Notes under the pieces: model-generated
What the model saw: the letters and a program-made list of their open reading frames with translations, nothing else
Databases searched by the model: none
Told to the model about the DNA's origin: nothing
Shown here: positions 38,522-49,599 of the stretch, in pieces
Numbering within the stretch: the first letter of the stretch is position 1
Layout: each line of letters starts with the position of its first letter
Position numbers and translations under genes: made by a program
DNA from: Squalus acanthias
Taxonomy: Eukaryota
Length of the DNA: 64,000 nt
NCBI GenBank assembly: GCA_030390025.1
Contig: CM059432.1
Coordinates: forward strand, 50,904,001 to 50,968,000
Reading direction: 5' to 3'

Positions 38522-40344
38522 CTACTTTTTGCCCTTCGAGGGTGATCTCCTTCCCTTGCGCACTTCCCCCCTTCTAACCCTACTGCTCCTCTGTAATGGG
38601 ACCTCAGTGGCTGCAGCAAGGCTGGTGGAAGGCTGCTGCTCGTCAGACCCTGACACTGCAGATGCCCCTGAAGGACGGCCTCGACCACTTCTGGGCCTGG
38701 AGGGCCCGGCTGCAGACTGCACCAACTCTGCATGGGCGGCAGCAGTCTGTCCTACAGGCGGTGGCAAGTGCAGTGGAGAAGTGACAGTGTTGGCAGCAGG
38801 AATGCTGTCATCGTGAGAGAGGACAGCAACTCCCTGCTCGCCCGACACACTGGCACTCCCACGGGGCAGCACTTCAGCATCCGGAGCAATTTGCCTGAGA
38901 ACAGATTGCTGGCCTGCTGCGGCGCGGTGACAGCCCCGGGGACATGTGCACGAACCATCGAGGATGGCAGCAGTCAGTGCTCGCGTGGCCTCAATCTGAG
39001 TCTGCATGAGAGCAGTCTCAGATGGGTTCCTGGCAACCAGTGACTGAATTGCAGCACTAAGCTTTAGTGTGGCATTCGCCTGTGCTACAGCGAAGTGCTC
39101 CACACTCCTTGCCAGTGCCTCAATGCATTCGGGCACCCTTCCCACTGCACCCATGAGCTCAGTGTGCATGCCCACCGCCTGGCTGTTCATTTCTGCAATC
39201 AGCCGCTCCTCCTCTGCGTCCATTGCAGTAGGAGTGTCTGGCATACTCTCCCTCTGGGGAGAAGGCTCCCGTTCTTCCCTCCCCCCCCCATGGCGTTGCT
39301 GCAGCCCGCTGGGTCCTGGAGCTTCACCATCATCAGCCCCTTCCCCCCTGCTCCCCTCCGGGGAAGGCGTGTTCCCAGTGTGGCCATGGGCTTCCTCGGG
39401 AGAGGGTGGCACTGATGCTCCGGCTTCCTCTTCCTCCTCAGCTGCAGCATCACTTCCAGTGGCAGCTTCAGGGCCCGTCTCCTCAGCTGGTGAATCACCA
39501 TCTGAAAGCAGGGAGGTACAAGAGTGGCTTTAGCGTGAGGACAGGGTGGCAGTAAGGGAGGAATAAGTGCAGCGAGTTAGCAAGTTGGATTGAAAGTGTC
39601 AAAGGCTGGTATTGTGTGGGACAAGTGGAAGGACAGAGGACAAAAAGGTGATGACCTTACCATTGCTGTCCACAACGGGGTCGGCGTCCCCAGTGGCGAC
39701 GGGACCGATCACCCGGCTTGCCACAATCCTGTGGACGCGCTCCTCCAGATCGCTGAGGGGTTGCAGCTGAAGCCGCCCTCCACCCGTCCGTTGCTGCTGT
39801 CTCCGATTATGAGCCAGCTTAGCCTGCAAGAAAAAGGACAGCATCTGAGTAAATATACAGCCATGGTCTTGCCTGATGTGCCTCCCATAGGTGAATAGCC
39901 CTTACAATATGCAGCCATGGTCTTGCCTGATGTGCCTCCCATAGGTGAATAGCCCTTACTGTATGCAAAGTGTGGAATGTGTGTGTGTGTTTGATGAAAG
40001 GGCCATAGGTGTTGCATGAGTGTTGTGCATTGGGGTTTTAAGACCCTCTGGCCATAGAGTGAGGTTGAGATGGAGGGATGGAGAGGTATTGAGAAAAAGC
40101 CACTCACCCTGACGACCCGAGTGAGGTCGTTGAACTTTTTGCGGCACTGAACATGGGTCCTGGGCACCATGCTCCTGGAGGAGACGCTCTGAGCCACCTC
40201 CCTCCACACTCTTCTGAACTCGCGTGGCAAAGGCCTCCTGCCACTCTCCGGGAACAGCATGCATCGTCTGCGCTCCACTGCGTCAACCAGAGCATCCAAG
40301 GCCCGCTCGGTGAAGCGATGAGCGCGTTCTCTCACCCTCTCCAT
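38522..40344 (-). CDS. Harbinger Myb/SANT-like DNA-binding protein, 3 exons (40344-40108, 39823-39661, 39501-38522), 459 aa
   Basis: SANT domain (RFTERALDALVDAV...WREVA...QCRKKFNDL); canonical GTGAGT/GTAAGG donors and pyrimidine-CAG acceptors; exons sum to 1380 nt in an open frame. Confidence 0.88.
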
Positions 40345-40705
40345 GCTTGGCAGCAAAATGGATTACAGGTCTCTCCAGGCTGAGATTCAAGGCTGCAATG
40401 AGCAGGGTGTGGCTGGGGAGCAAGTGGCCCCCCCCCGCTTTAAGAAGTGTCCGGCGCCAGTGTGTCTGTGTTCCCTCGCTAACTGGCAGCAGCTGTGCTG
40501 CGCTCGTGCGCTGAGGTAGCGCCTCACTCCTAGGCCTTTGCGCCTTAAGAGAGGTGTGCAGCGCCTAATTTAGCGCTCCACTCACCTCCCGGGGCGGTAA
40601 AAGTGAAGTTTCCTGTCAGTGCCGATAATTAGCGCCAGGCGCTAATATTTGCGCTCGGACGATATTTGCGCCCCAAAAGGGGCGCGACCTAATTTCTACC
40701 CCTTA

Positions 40706-42025
40706 GTCTCCACTTGGAGAGGCAAGGATTAATCAAGGATAGTCAGCATGGCTTTGTCAGGGGGAGATCATGTCTAACCAATTTGATTGAATTTTTCGAG
40801 GGGGTGACCAGGTGTGTGGATGAGGGTAGTGCAGTTGATGTAGTCTACATGGACTTCAGTAAGGCGTTTGACAAAGTCCAGCATGGGAGACTGGTCAAGA
40901 AGGTAAGAGCCCATGGGACCCAGGGCAATTTGGCACATTGGATCCAAAATTGGCTTAGTGGCAGGAGGCAGAGGGTGATGGTCGAAGGTTGTTTTTGTGA
41001 CTGGAAGCCTGTGTCCAGTGGTGTACCGCAGGGATCGGTGCTGGGTCCCTTGCTGTTTGTAGTGTACATTAATGATTTGGATATGAATGTAGGAGGTATG
41101 ATCAGTAAGTTCGCAGATGACACGAAAATTGGTGGAGTGGTAGTGAGGAGGGAAGCCTCAGGCTACAGGACGATATAGATGGGTTGGTCAGATGGGCAGA
41201 ACAGTGGCAAATGGAATTTAACCCTGAAAAGGGTGAGGTGATGCATTTTGGGATGACTAACAAAGCAAGGGAATACACAATGAATGGTCGGACCCTAGGA
41301 AGGACAGAGGATCAGAGGGACCTTGGTGTGCATGTACATAGATCCCTGAAGGCAGCAGGACAGGTAGATAAGGTGGTTAAAAAGGCATATGAGATACTTG
41401 CCTTCATTAGCCGAGGCATAGAATATAAGATCAGGGAGGTTATGATGGAGCTGTACAAAACGCTAGTTAGGCCACAGCTGGAATACTGTGTGCAGTTCTG
41501 GTCGCCACACTATAGGAAGGATGTGATTGCATTGGAGAGGGTGCAGAGGAGATTCACCAGGATGTTACCTGGGCTGGAGTGCTTCAGCTATGAGGAGAGA
41601 CTGGACAGGCTGGGGTTGTTTTCCTTGGAGCAGAGAAGGCTGAGGGGGGACCTGATTGAGGTGTACAAAATTATGAGGGGCATAGATAGGGTAGATAGAA
41701 AGGAACTTTTCCCCTTAGTAGAGGGGTCAATAACCAGGGGGCATAGTTTCAAGGTAAGGGGCAGGAGGTTTAGAGGGGATTTGAGGAAAAACTTTTTCAC
41801 CCAGAGGGTGGTTGGAATCTGGAACTCACTGCCTGAAAGGATGGTAGAGGCAGGAACCCTCACAACATTCAAGAAGCATTTAGATGAGCATTTGAAATGC
41901 CATAGCATACAAGGCTATGGACCAAGTGCTGGAAAATGGGATTAGAATAGACAGGGCTTGATGGCCGGCGCGGACAAGATGGGCCGAAGGGCCTCTTTCT
42001 GTGCTGAAAAACTCTATGACTCTAT
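40706..42025 (+). mobile_element. CR1 LINE, 3' part (spacer between the two Harbingers)
   Basis: ORFs 40714..41178 and 41184..41945 (RT with a frameshift near 41145); the (TCTATGAC)n tail resumes at 46315. Confidence 0.95.
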
Positions 42026-42383
42026 GGGGGTAGAAATTAGGTCGCGCCCCATTTGGGGCGCAAATATCGTCCGCGCGCAAATATTAGCGCCTGGCGCTAA
42101 TTATCGGCACTGACAGGAAACTTCACTTTTACCGCCCCGGGAGGTGAGTGGAGCGCTAAATTAGGCGCTGCACACCTCTCTTAAGGCGCAAAGGCCTAGG
42201 AGTGAGGCGCTAACTCAGCGCACGAGCGCAGCGCAGCTGCTGCCAGTTAGCGCGGTAACACAGACACACTGGCGCCGGACACTTCTTAAAGCGGGGGGGG
42301 CCACTTGCTCCCCAGCCACACCCTGCTCATTGCAGCCTTGAATCTCAGCCTGGAGAGACCTGTAATCCATTTTGCTGCCAAGA

Positions 42384-44347
42384 ATGGAGAGGGTGAGAGA
42401 ACGCGCTCATCGCTTCACCGAGCGGGCCTTGGATGCTCTGGTTGACGCAGTGGAGCGCAGACGATGCATGCTGTTCCCAGAGAGTGGCAGGAGGCCTTTG
42501 CCACGCGAGTTCAGAAGAGTGTGGAGGGAGGTGGCTCAGAGCGTCTCCTCCAGGAGCATGGTGCCCAGGACCCATGTCCAGTGCCGCAAAAAGTTCAACG
42601 ACCTCACTCGGGTCGTCAGGGTGAGTGGCTTTTTCTCAATACCTCTCCATCCCTCCATCTCAACCTCACTCTATGGCCAGAGGGTCTTAAAACCCCAATG
42701 CACAACACTCATCCAACACCTATGGCCCTTTCATCAAACACACACACACATTCCACACTTTGCATACAGTAAGGGCTATTCACCTATGGGAGGCACATCA
42801 GGCAAGACCATGGCTGCATATTGTAAGGGCTATTCACCTATGGGAGGCACATCAGGCAAGACCATGGCTGCATATTGTAAGGGCTATTCACCTATGGGAG
42901 GCACATCAGGCAAGACCATGGCTGTATATTGACTCAGATGCTGTCCTTTTTCTTGCAGGCTAAGCTGGCTCATAATCGGAGACAGCAGCAACGGACGGGT
43001 GGAGGGCGGCTTCAGCTGCAACCCCTCAGCGATCTGGAGGAGCGCGTCCACAGGATTGTGGCAAGCCGGGTGATCGGTCCCGTCGCCAGTGGAGACGCCG
43101 ACCCCGTTGTGGACAGCAATGGTAAGGTCATCACCTTTTTGTCCTCTGTCCTTCCACTTGTCCCTCACAATACCAGCCTTTGACACTTTCAATCCAACTT
43201 GCTAACTCGCTGCACTTATTCCTCCCTTACTGCCACCCTGTCCTCACGCTAAAGCCACTCTTGTACCTCCCTGCTTTCAGATGGTGATTCACCAGCTGAG
43301 GAGATGGTCCCTGAAGCTGCCACTGGGAGTGATGCTGCAGCTGAGGAGGAAGAGGAAGCCGGAGCATCAGTGCCACCCTCTCCCGAGGAAGCCCATGGCC
43401 ACACTGGGAACACGCCTTCCCCGGAGGGGAGCAGGGGGGAAGGGGCTGATGATGGTGAAGTTCCAGGACCCAGCGGGCTGCAGCAACGCCATGGGGGGGG
43501 GAGGGAAGAACGGGGGAGCAGGGGGGAAGGGGCTGATGATGGTGAAGTTCCAGGACCCAGCGGGCTGCAGCAACGCCATGGGGGGGGGAGGGAAGAACGG
43601 GAGCCTTCTCCCCAGAGGGAGAGTATGCCAGACACTCCTAATGCAATGGACGCAGAGGAGGAGCGGATGATTGCAGAAATGAACAGCCAGGCGGTGGTCA
43701 TGCACACTGAGCTCATGGGTGCAGTGGGAAGGGTGCCCGAATGCATTGAGGCACTGGCAAGGAGTGTGGAGCACTTCGCTGTAGCACAGGCGGATGCCAC
43801 ACTAAAGCTTACTGCTGCAATTCAGTCACTGGCTGCCAGGAACCCATCTGAGCCTGCTCTCATGCAGACTCAGATTGAGGCCACGCGAGCACTGACTGCT
43901 GCCATCCTCGATGGTTCGTGCACATGTCCCCGGGGCTGTCACCGCGCCGCAGCAGGCCAGCAATCTGTTCTCAGGCAAATTGCTCCGGATGCTGAAGTGC
44001 TGCCCCGTGGGAGTGCCAGTGTGTCGGGCGAGCAGGGAGTTGCTGTCCTCTCTCACGATGACAGCATTCCTGCTGCCAACACTGTCACTTCTCCACTGCA
44101 CTTGCCACCGCCTGTAGGACAGACTGCTGCCGCCCATGCAGAGTTGGTGCAGTCTGCAGCCGGGCCCTCCAGGCCCAGAAGTGGTCGAGGCCGGCCTTCA
44201 GGGGCATCTGCAGTGTCAGGGTCTGACAAGCAGCAGCCTTCCACCAGCCTTGCTGCAGCCACTGAGGTCCCATTACGGAGGAGCAGTAGGGTTAGAAGGG
44301 GGGAAGTGCGCAAGGCAAGGAGATCACCCTCGAAGGGCAAAAAGTAG
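42384..44347 (+). CDS. Harbinger Myb/SANT-like protein, 3 exons (42384-42620, 42959-43121, 43281-44347), 488 aa
   Basis: Same splice sites as copy A; 1467 nt in an open frame, including an in-frame 87-bp duplication. Confidence 0.88.
42769..42930 (+). repeat. 54-bp tandem repeat x3 in Myb intron 1 (x2 in copy A)
   Basis: Unit GTAAGGGCTATTCACCTATGGGAGGCACATCAGGCAAGACCATGGCTGCATATT starts at 42769, 42823 and 42877. Confidence 0.95.
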
Positions 44348-44658
44348 GAGGTGTGCCAAAATGCTGGTCATTTTTTTATTAAAGGCCGAGGTTCATGGCC
44401 CAACTTTTGTTTAGTGTTTTGGACATTATCTCCAGGTTGTGAGAACCAGTTATATTATTGACTGTTTTTTTGTGTTTATTTCTATGAGTTTGTCATGAGG
44501 AATTGACACACACAGAGTTTGTACAATAAATAAGTTTCTGTATTCAAAATATACATGGCTGGTGGTTGGAATTATTGGTGCCTTGGCCGGCTTAGGGGTT
44601 GCGTGCTGGGTTGATTCGTGTTTGTAGCACTGGCAGGGGCCCTAGAAGCGGCTTGCTA

Positions 44659-45801
44659 TTAGTCGTTGACGGACGGCCCTTGCAGTTTGACCATTGTGGG
44701 CCGCCCTCCTGCCTTGGTGCTGCTGCTGATCATCGTCCTCGGCCTGTTCCTCCTCTTCCTCCTCTCCTCTTGTGGTGCTGCAAGGCCTGGTGGCATTGGC
44801 TGCGTCCTGAGGATTGCCATGTTGTGCAACATGCAGCACACCACTACGAATTTGGAAACTTGCTCAGGCGAGTACTGCAGGGCTCCTCCGGAATGGTCCA
44901 GACAGCGGAATCGTTGTTTGAGCACGCCGATTGTGCGCTCAATAATGTTCCTCGTTGCTTGTTGGCTTTCCTGGTACCGCAGCTCAGCAGGGGTGTTTGG
45001 CGCACGGAGCGGTGTCATCAGCCAAGTGCTCAATGCGTACCCCTTGTCCCCCAGAAGCCAACCGACTGGCTGATGCGGTGCCTCGAAAATTTCTGCCACA
45101 GTACTCTGGCGCAGGATGAAAGCATCGTGGCAGCTGCCCGGATAGTGGGCATTGACAGCGAGAATCACCTGTCTGTGGTCACAGACCAACTGCACATTCA
45201 AGGAATGGAACCCCTTTCTGTTCCGGAACTCCTCTGCATTCTCTCGCGGAGCACGCAAAGCCACATGCGTGCAGTCAATGGCGCCCTGCACCATGGGGAA
45301 GCCCGCTACCCTCGCAAAGCCCATAGCACGGTCATGCTGCTTGTCTGGGGTCATAGGGAAGGAGATGAAGTCTCGTCTCCTTGTGAAGAGGGCATTGGTG
45401 ACCTGCCGGATGCAGCGATGCACCGCAAACTGGGAGATATTGGCGAGGTCCCCAACAGCAGCTTGGAATGAGCCAGTGGCGTAGAAGTTCAAGGCCACTG
45501 TGACCTTCACTGCCACCGACAGAGACGTCCTGGACCTCAGCTGAGGCTGCAGATCTGGCTGCAGCAGGTGGCAGAGCTCAGTGACCACCTCCTTGCTAAA
45601 TCGCAGCCTTCGCAAACACAGCTCCTCGGACATGTGGATGTAGGAGAGCTGTTCACGATATACCCTGGGAGGGTAAGCTCTCCTGTACATGCGCCTGATG
45701 GGCCTCCTCCGTCTGGCCATCATTGCCACTCTCTGTCTGCGTCTCACTATCCTCCGATTCAGCTGGAGCAGGACGACGCCCCCAATCATTGCAGCCCCCA
45801 T
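44659..45801 (-). CDS. Harbinger DDE transposase, 380 aa; catalytic core intact, C-terminal tail frameshifted
   Basis: All DDE motifs are in one ORF. A 1-nt deletion in the GAG run near 44765 shifts the tail; the ancestral stop is at 44642. Confidence 0.9.
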   Translation of the reverse strand: MGAAMIGGVVLLQLNRRIVRRRQRVAMMARRRRPIRRMYRRAYPPRVYREQLSYIHMSEELCLRRLRFSKEVVTELCHLLQPDLQPQLRSRTSLSVAVKVTVALNFYATGSFQAAVGDLANISQFAVHRCIRQVTNALFTRRRDFISFPMTPDKQHDRAMGFARVAGFPMVQGAIDCTHVALRAPRENAEEFRNRKGFHSLNVQLVCDHRQVILAVNAHYPGSCHDAFILRQSTVAEIFEAPHQPVGWLLGDKGYALSTWLMTPLRAPNTPAELRYQESQQATRNIIERTIGVLKQRFRCLDHSGGALQYSPEQVSKFVVVCCMLHNMAILRTQPMPPGLAAPQEERRKRRNRPRTMISSSTKAGGRPTMVKLQGPSVND

Positions 45802-46329
45802 ATTCTCTTTGCCAGAAAAGTAATGAGGTACAGCAACGAAAGTAGCAGCAAAGTTAGGATGAACTAGGCAAAACTACCTCACAAAGCGTTGAGTCAATGT
45901 AGAAGTCTCTCTCTCTCTCTCTCCGAATCTCTCTCTCTCTCTCAGAACGAGTGGTGCATAAATGTCGACCACAGAAAAAGACAGGAAGAGGCCCCCTTTA
46001 AATAGCGCCCCCCCCCAGCCCCAGACCGATTGATAACGTTCCAGTCTTCCGGTCGTTGGAAGCGCCAGGCGGTAAGGCAGGGGGCGCCACTCAATTTCCG
46101 CTCCGGGGCGCCCCAAGGGCGTTGCACCACGGACTGACGTCACAATCTGCACGCGCAGGTGGTCGCAGCGGTAAGTTTTAGCGCTGCCGCACAATCTCAA
46201 GTTAAGTTCTCGAGCGGCGCAAACAGCGCTGCGCCCGGGCGTTAGCGCCTTTACGCCCCATTAGCGCCCATTTAAGGCGCTAACGGGAGGCGCAACCAAC
46301 TGAATTTTTACCCCTATGACTCTATCTCT

Positions 46330-48403
46330 CAAAAATATCTCAAAGGTGATACTGGGCTCTAGTTGCAGACCCCTTGGACTGCCGCATGACGTGGAGATGG
46401 AGCAGAGGCAGCAAAGGGACAAGTTGCTTGCAGAGGGAGGAGGAGGAGGAAGAGGAGGAAGCAGAAGAGGAAAAAGCAGAAGAGGAGGAAGCAAAAGAGG
46501 AGGAAGCAGAAGAAGAAGAAGCGGAAGGAAGGAGGCAACCAAGGCAGCCCCTTTCTGGCCAGGATATCTGGGATTGAATCATCCGCCTCCGGTACCAGTG
46601 ACCACAACCCCAATTCCCCTTTCAACGTTTGTCCCACACTTTACCTTCCCTCTGTTACTGACCAGCACAGCATCCTCTTGGCCAAGAGCAAACTTTCCAA
46701 TCCAGCTTTACCCATATAAGCATCAAATATTACATTAAAAAATCAACTAATCAACCTTGTGCATTCCCTTAGTGAGTGTCTTGCATGTGTCTTTGCCTAT
46801 CATAGTGCTTTTACGTAGTGCTACCCCAGTGGCTGCAGCATGGCTGATGCAAGGCTGCTGACTTTCAGTGGGAGAGTCTACAGATGGACTTGGAGGACCA
46901 CCTCGAGGAGCTGATGGCTGGGAATGTGATATCGAGTGATGGTGTTTCTTCTTCTTCTTCTTCTTCTTCTTCTTCACTCTCCTCTCCCTCTTCTTGGTCA
47001 ACCACTCGCTGGGCAGGCTGGATTTCTTGGGGGTCTGAAATGAGAAAGGCACAGGGTAGGGTAGTGGTGATGGGAGGCTGTAAAGCAAGAGGTGCATGCT
47101 TACATCATGTGTAGATTGTAAATCAGAAGAGATTGAGGGGGAAGTGGGATGTTAAAAGTGGATAACATATGAGGATACCAGCATCTTGTATTCTTTCAGC
47201 CCCGCCTCTGGCCAAGGTCTCAACCATACCCCTGCCAAGAATGGCCAGCACCATCTCCTCCATGGGGGTGAGGTGAAGCTAGGAATGTGAGGTGTTCCTC
47301 ATGTTTGGTAGAGATTGTTGGTAGAAACATAGAAACATAGAATCTAGGAGCAGGAGTAGGCCATTCGGCCCGTCGAGCCTGCTCCACCATTCAATACGAT
47401 CATGGCTGATCATCCAAATCCAGTACCCTGTCCCTGCTTTAATCCCCACAGTACACATATCCCACCCTACCCCCGTAACCCCACGTATTTAATTCCCCCT
47501 AACATATCCCATCCTATCCCCATAACCCCACATATTTAATCCCCCCCTAACACTAAGGGTCAATTTATCATAGCCAAATCAACCTAACCCGCACATTTTT
47601 GGACTGTGGGAGGAAACCGGAGCACCCGGAGGAAACCCACGCAGACACGGGGAGAATGTGCAAACTCCACACAGACAGTCACCCGAGGTCAGATTCGAAC
47701 CCGGGTCTCTGGCGCTGTGAGGCACCAGTGCTAACCACTATGCCACCGTGCTGCCCGATGGGTGATGGCGGTGGGGGGGGGGGGGGAGGGGTGGCGGTGG
47801 TGGTGTCATGCATTGAGCAGTGTGTGAGGCTAGTGGTGCAGTTGGTAGGTGATGGCTTTTGAAGCTGCATTCACTGATCTGACCACTCGTCTGAGGTCAT
47901 GGCACTGGAGTCACATCCTGGGTGTGACACTGCTGGCTGTGACCACCTCGGCGATCTGGTCCCACATCCTTCTTTCTGGAGGACCTCCTGGCCCCCTGTG
48001 GGTAGAGGACTTCTCTTCCAGTGTTGACCCCCTGCACGAAGCTCGAGTGCTGCGTCCGAGATCCTGCATGTCCTTTCCCTGGCCTATTGAGCCATTTGGG
48101 TTCATGCTGAAGCACTTTTACCACTTTTCATCAGCAGAAGGAAGCTCACCTTTAGGAGGTGCAGACTGCCTTTAAGAGAAGCAGGCTAGCTTTAAGTTTC
48201 GCTCGAACAACGCGAAGTTCGGCCCGCTTCTGAACACACACACAGCCTATAAGCAGCGCGTTCAGCACTAGGCTGTGTACTGCAATCGTTATAATTAGCA
48301 GGCAGCAGGAAGTTGATGTGCTGCCTGGGCTCTTTGAATGGGCACGGGATATCTCGCATTGTGGTGCCCACACCTGTTTATCGCGTTATCCAATTTCTAG
48401 GCC
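46330..48403. mobile_element. Degenerate Harbinger of another family (transposase tail on +, Myb remnant on -)
   Basis: Poly-Glu tail then RQPRQPLSGQDI on +. On -, QQPCISHAAATGVALRKS and MWDQIAEVVTASSVTPR. Right terminus AATTTCTAGGCC. Confidence 0.7.
47322..47756 (-). mobile_element. tRNA-derived V-domain SINE (HE1-like) with CR1-type tail
   Basis: A box TGGCATAGTGG, B box GGTTCGAATC, V-domain GTGGAGTTTGCACATTCTCCCCGTGTCTGCGTGGGTTTCCTCC; the 3' end matches the CR1 3' UTR at 20820-20940. Confidence 0.85.
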
Positions 48404-48699
48404 AGAATCTTTAATGTTCACCTAAGCAAGCAGACGGAGCCTCAGTTTAATGGCTCATCCAAAGAACGGTGCATTTCACAAGTTAGCAATCTCTCAGTAC
48501 TGCTATGAAGTGTCAGCCTAGATTATATGCTCAAATTCTGGCATGGGCTTGAACCTACTCGGGCAAAAGTTTTACAAGCTGACACTGCTTTAAATATTAT
48601 TGCCTTGTAAAGATCCTTATCAGAAGTTAATAAGGGCATTGATTTAATAAGTGCTATCCTGAACATTAAACAAATGTTCAGTATTCAAGAGGGGAGAGG

Positions 48700-49250
48700 G
48701 GAAGAATTTCTTTTAAGCACCAAGTTTTTATGATCTGGAATGCACTACCTGAAAGGGTGGTGGAAGCAGATTCAATAGTAACATTCAAAAGGGAATTGGA
48801 TATATACTTGAAAAGCAAACATTTGCAGGGCAATGGGGAAAGAATAGAGGAGTGGGACTACATAGGATTACATAGGATAGGATTACATAGGATATATGGC
48901 AAAGAAACAGGCCATTCGGCCCAACCAGTCCATGCCGGTGTTTATGCTCCACTCGAGTCTCCTGTCAGCATAACCCCCTATTTCTTTCTCCCTCATATGC
49001 TTATCTAGCCTCCCCTTAAATGCATCTGTACTATTTGCTTCAACCACTCCCTGTGGTAGCGAGTTCCACATTCTCACCACTCTCTGGGTAAAGAAGTTTC
49101 TTCTGAATTCCCTATTGGATTTCTTGGTGACTATCTTAGATTGATGGCCTCTAATTTTGCTCTTCCCCACAAGTGGAAACACTCTCTCTGTATCTACTCT
49201 ATCAAAACCTTTCATAATATTAAAGACCTCAATTAGGTCACCCCTCAGCC
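48700..49250. mobile_element. Two tail-to-tail CR1 3' fragments
   Basis: IWNALPERVVEADS on + (48730); LRGDLIEVF...RNFFTQRVV on - (48883-49250). Confidence 0.8.
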
Positions 49251-49599
49251 CCTCATGAAGAATGACCACTTGCATTAGGGCCCATGTAGTCCATAGCATA
49301 AAAACCACCATCTTTAGAAAAGAATTAAGGGAAGAAAAAATGGAGGAGAAAAATATAAAGAGTGAAGGAAACAGGAAGTAAAAGGTCAACTAACTCAGTT
49401 GTAACTAATCAGCAGTAAATTACTGAGAGCATTCCAAAGTTGGAGTAGAGTTTGTCGGTAAGATTTGCATGAGAGGCAAGGAATTCCTCCCAAAATAGCA
49501 AGAAAAAGACTCTGCTGAACTTAATGTTCCTACACCCAAAGTACACCTTTTATTCCAATTGTCACATTACAAGAAAACAATCAAGAAAATAATAAAAAG

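Larger units (their letters stand above)
36555..40702 (+). mobile_element. Full-length PIF/Harbinger transposon, copy A (4148 bp)
   Basis: Termini GCGGTAAAAATT...AATTTCTACCCC, TSD TTA (36552-36554/40703-40705), convergent transposase and Myb genes. Confidence 0.97.
42027..46314 (-). mobile_element. Full-length PIF/Harbinger transposon, copy B (~4288 bp), inverted relative to A
   Basis: Termini GGGGTAGAAATT...AATTTTTACCCC; flanking duplication TAT(G) within the CR1 tail microsatellite (left boundary 42026 or 42027). Confidence 0.97.

Noticed and set aside
39709..40356. 215-aa ORF (and 186-aa ORF at 42372) as complete proteins with YSPMGGTSGKTMA repeats
   Set aside because: These are read-through into intron 1 past the GTGAGT donor; the peptide repeat is just the 54-bp intronic repeat
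42769..42930. CRISPR-like array
   Set aside because: Head-to-tail repeats with no unique spacers, eukaryotic context and no cas genes
37067..45801. Domesticated host genes HARBI1, NAIF1 or MSANTD
   Set aside because: The genes lie within TIR/TSD-bounded elements inserted in a LINE and carry disabling lesions, so no gene symbol was assigned
36555..46314. The whole palindrome having transposed as one composite unit, or being an assembly duplication
   Set aside because: The outer flanks differ (TTA versus TAT), each arm has its own TSD, the host CR1 is continuous across both, and the arms differ by substitutions and indels
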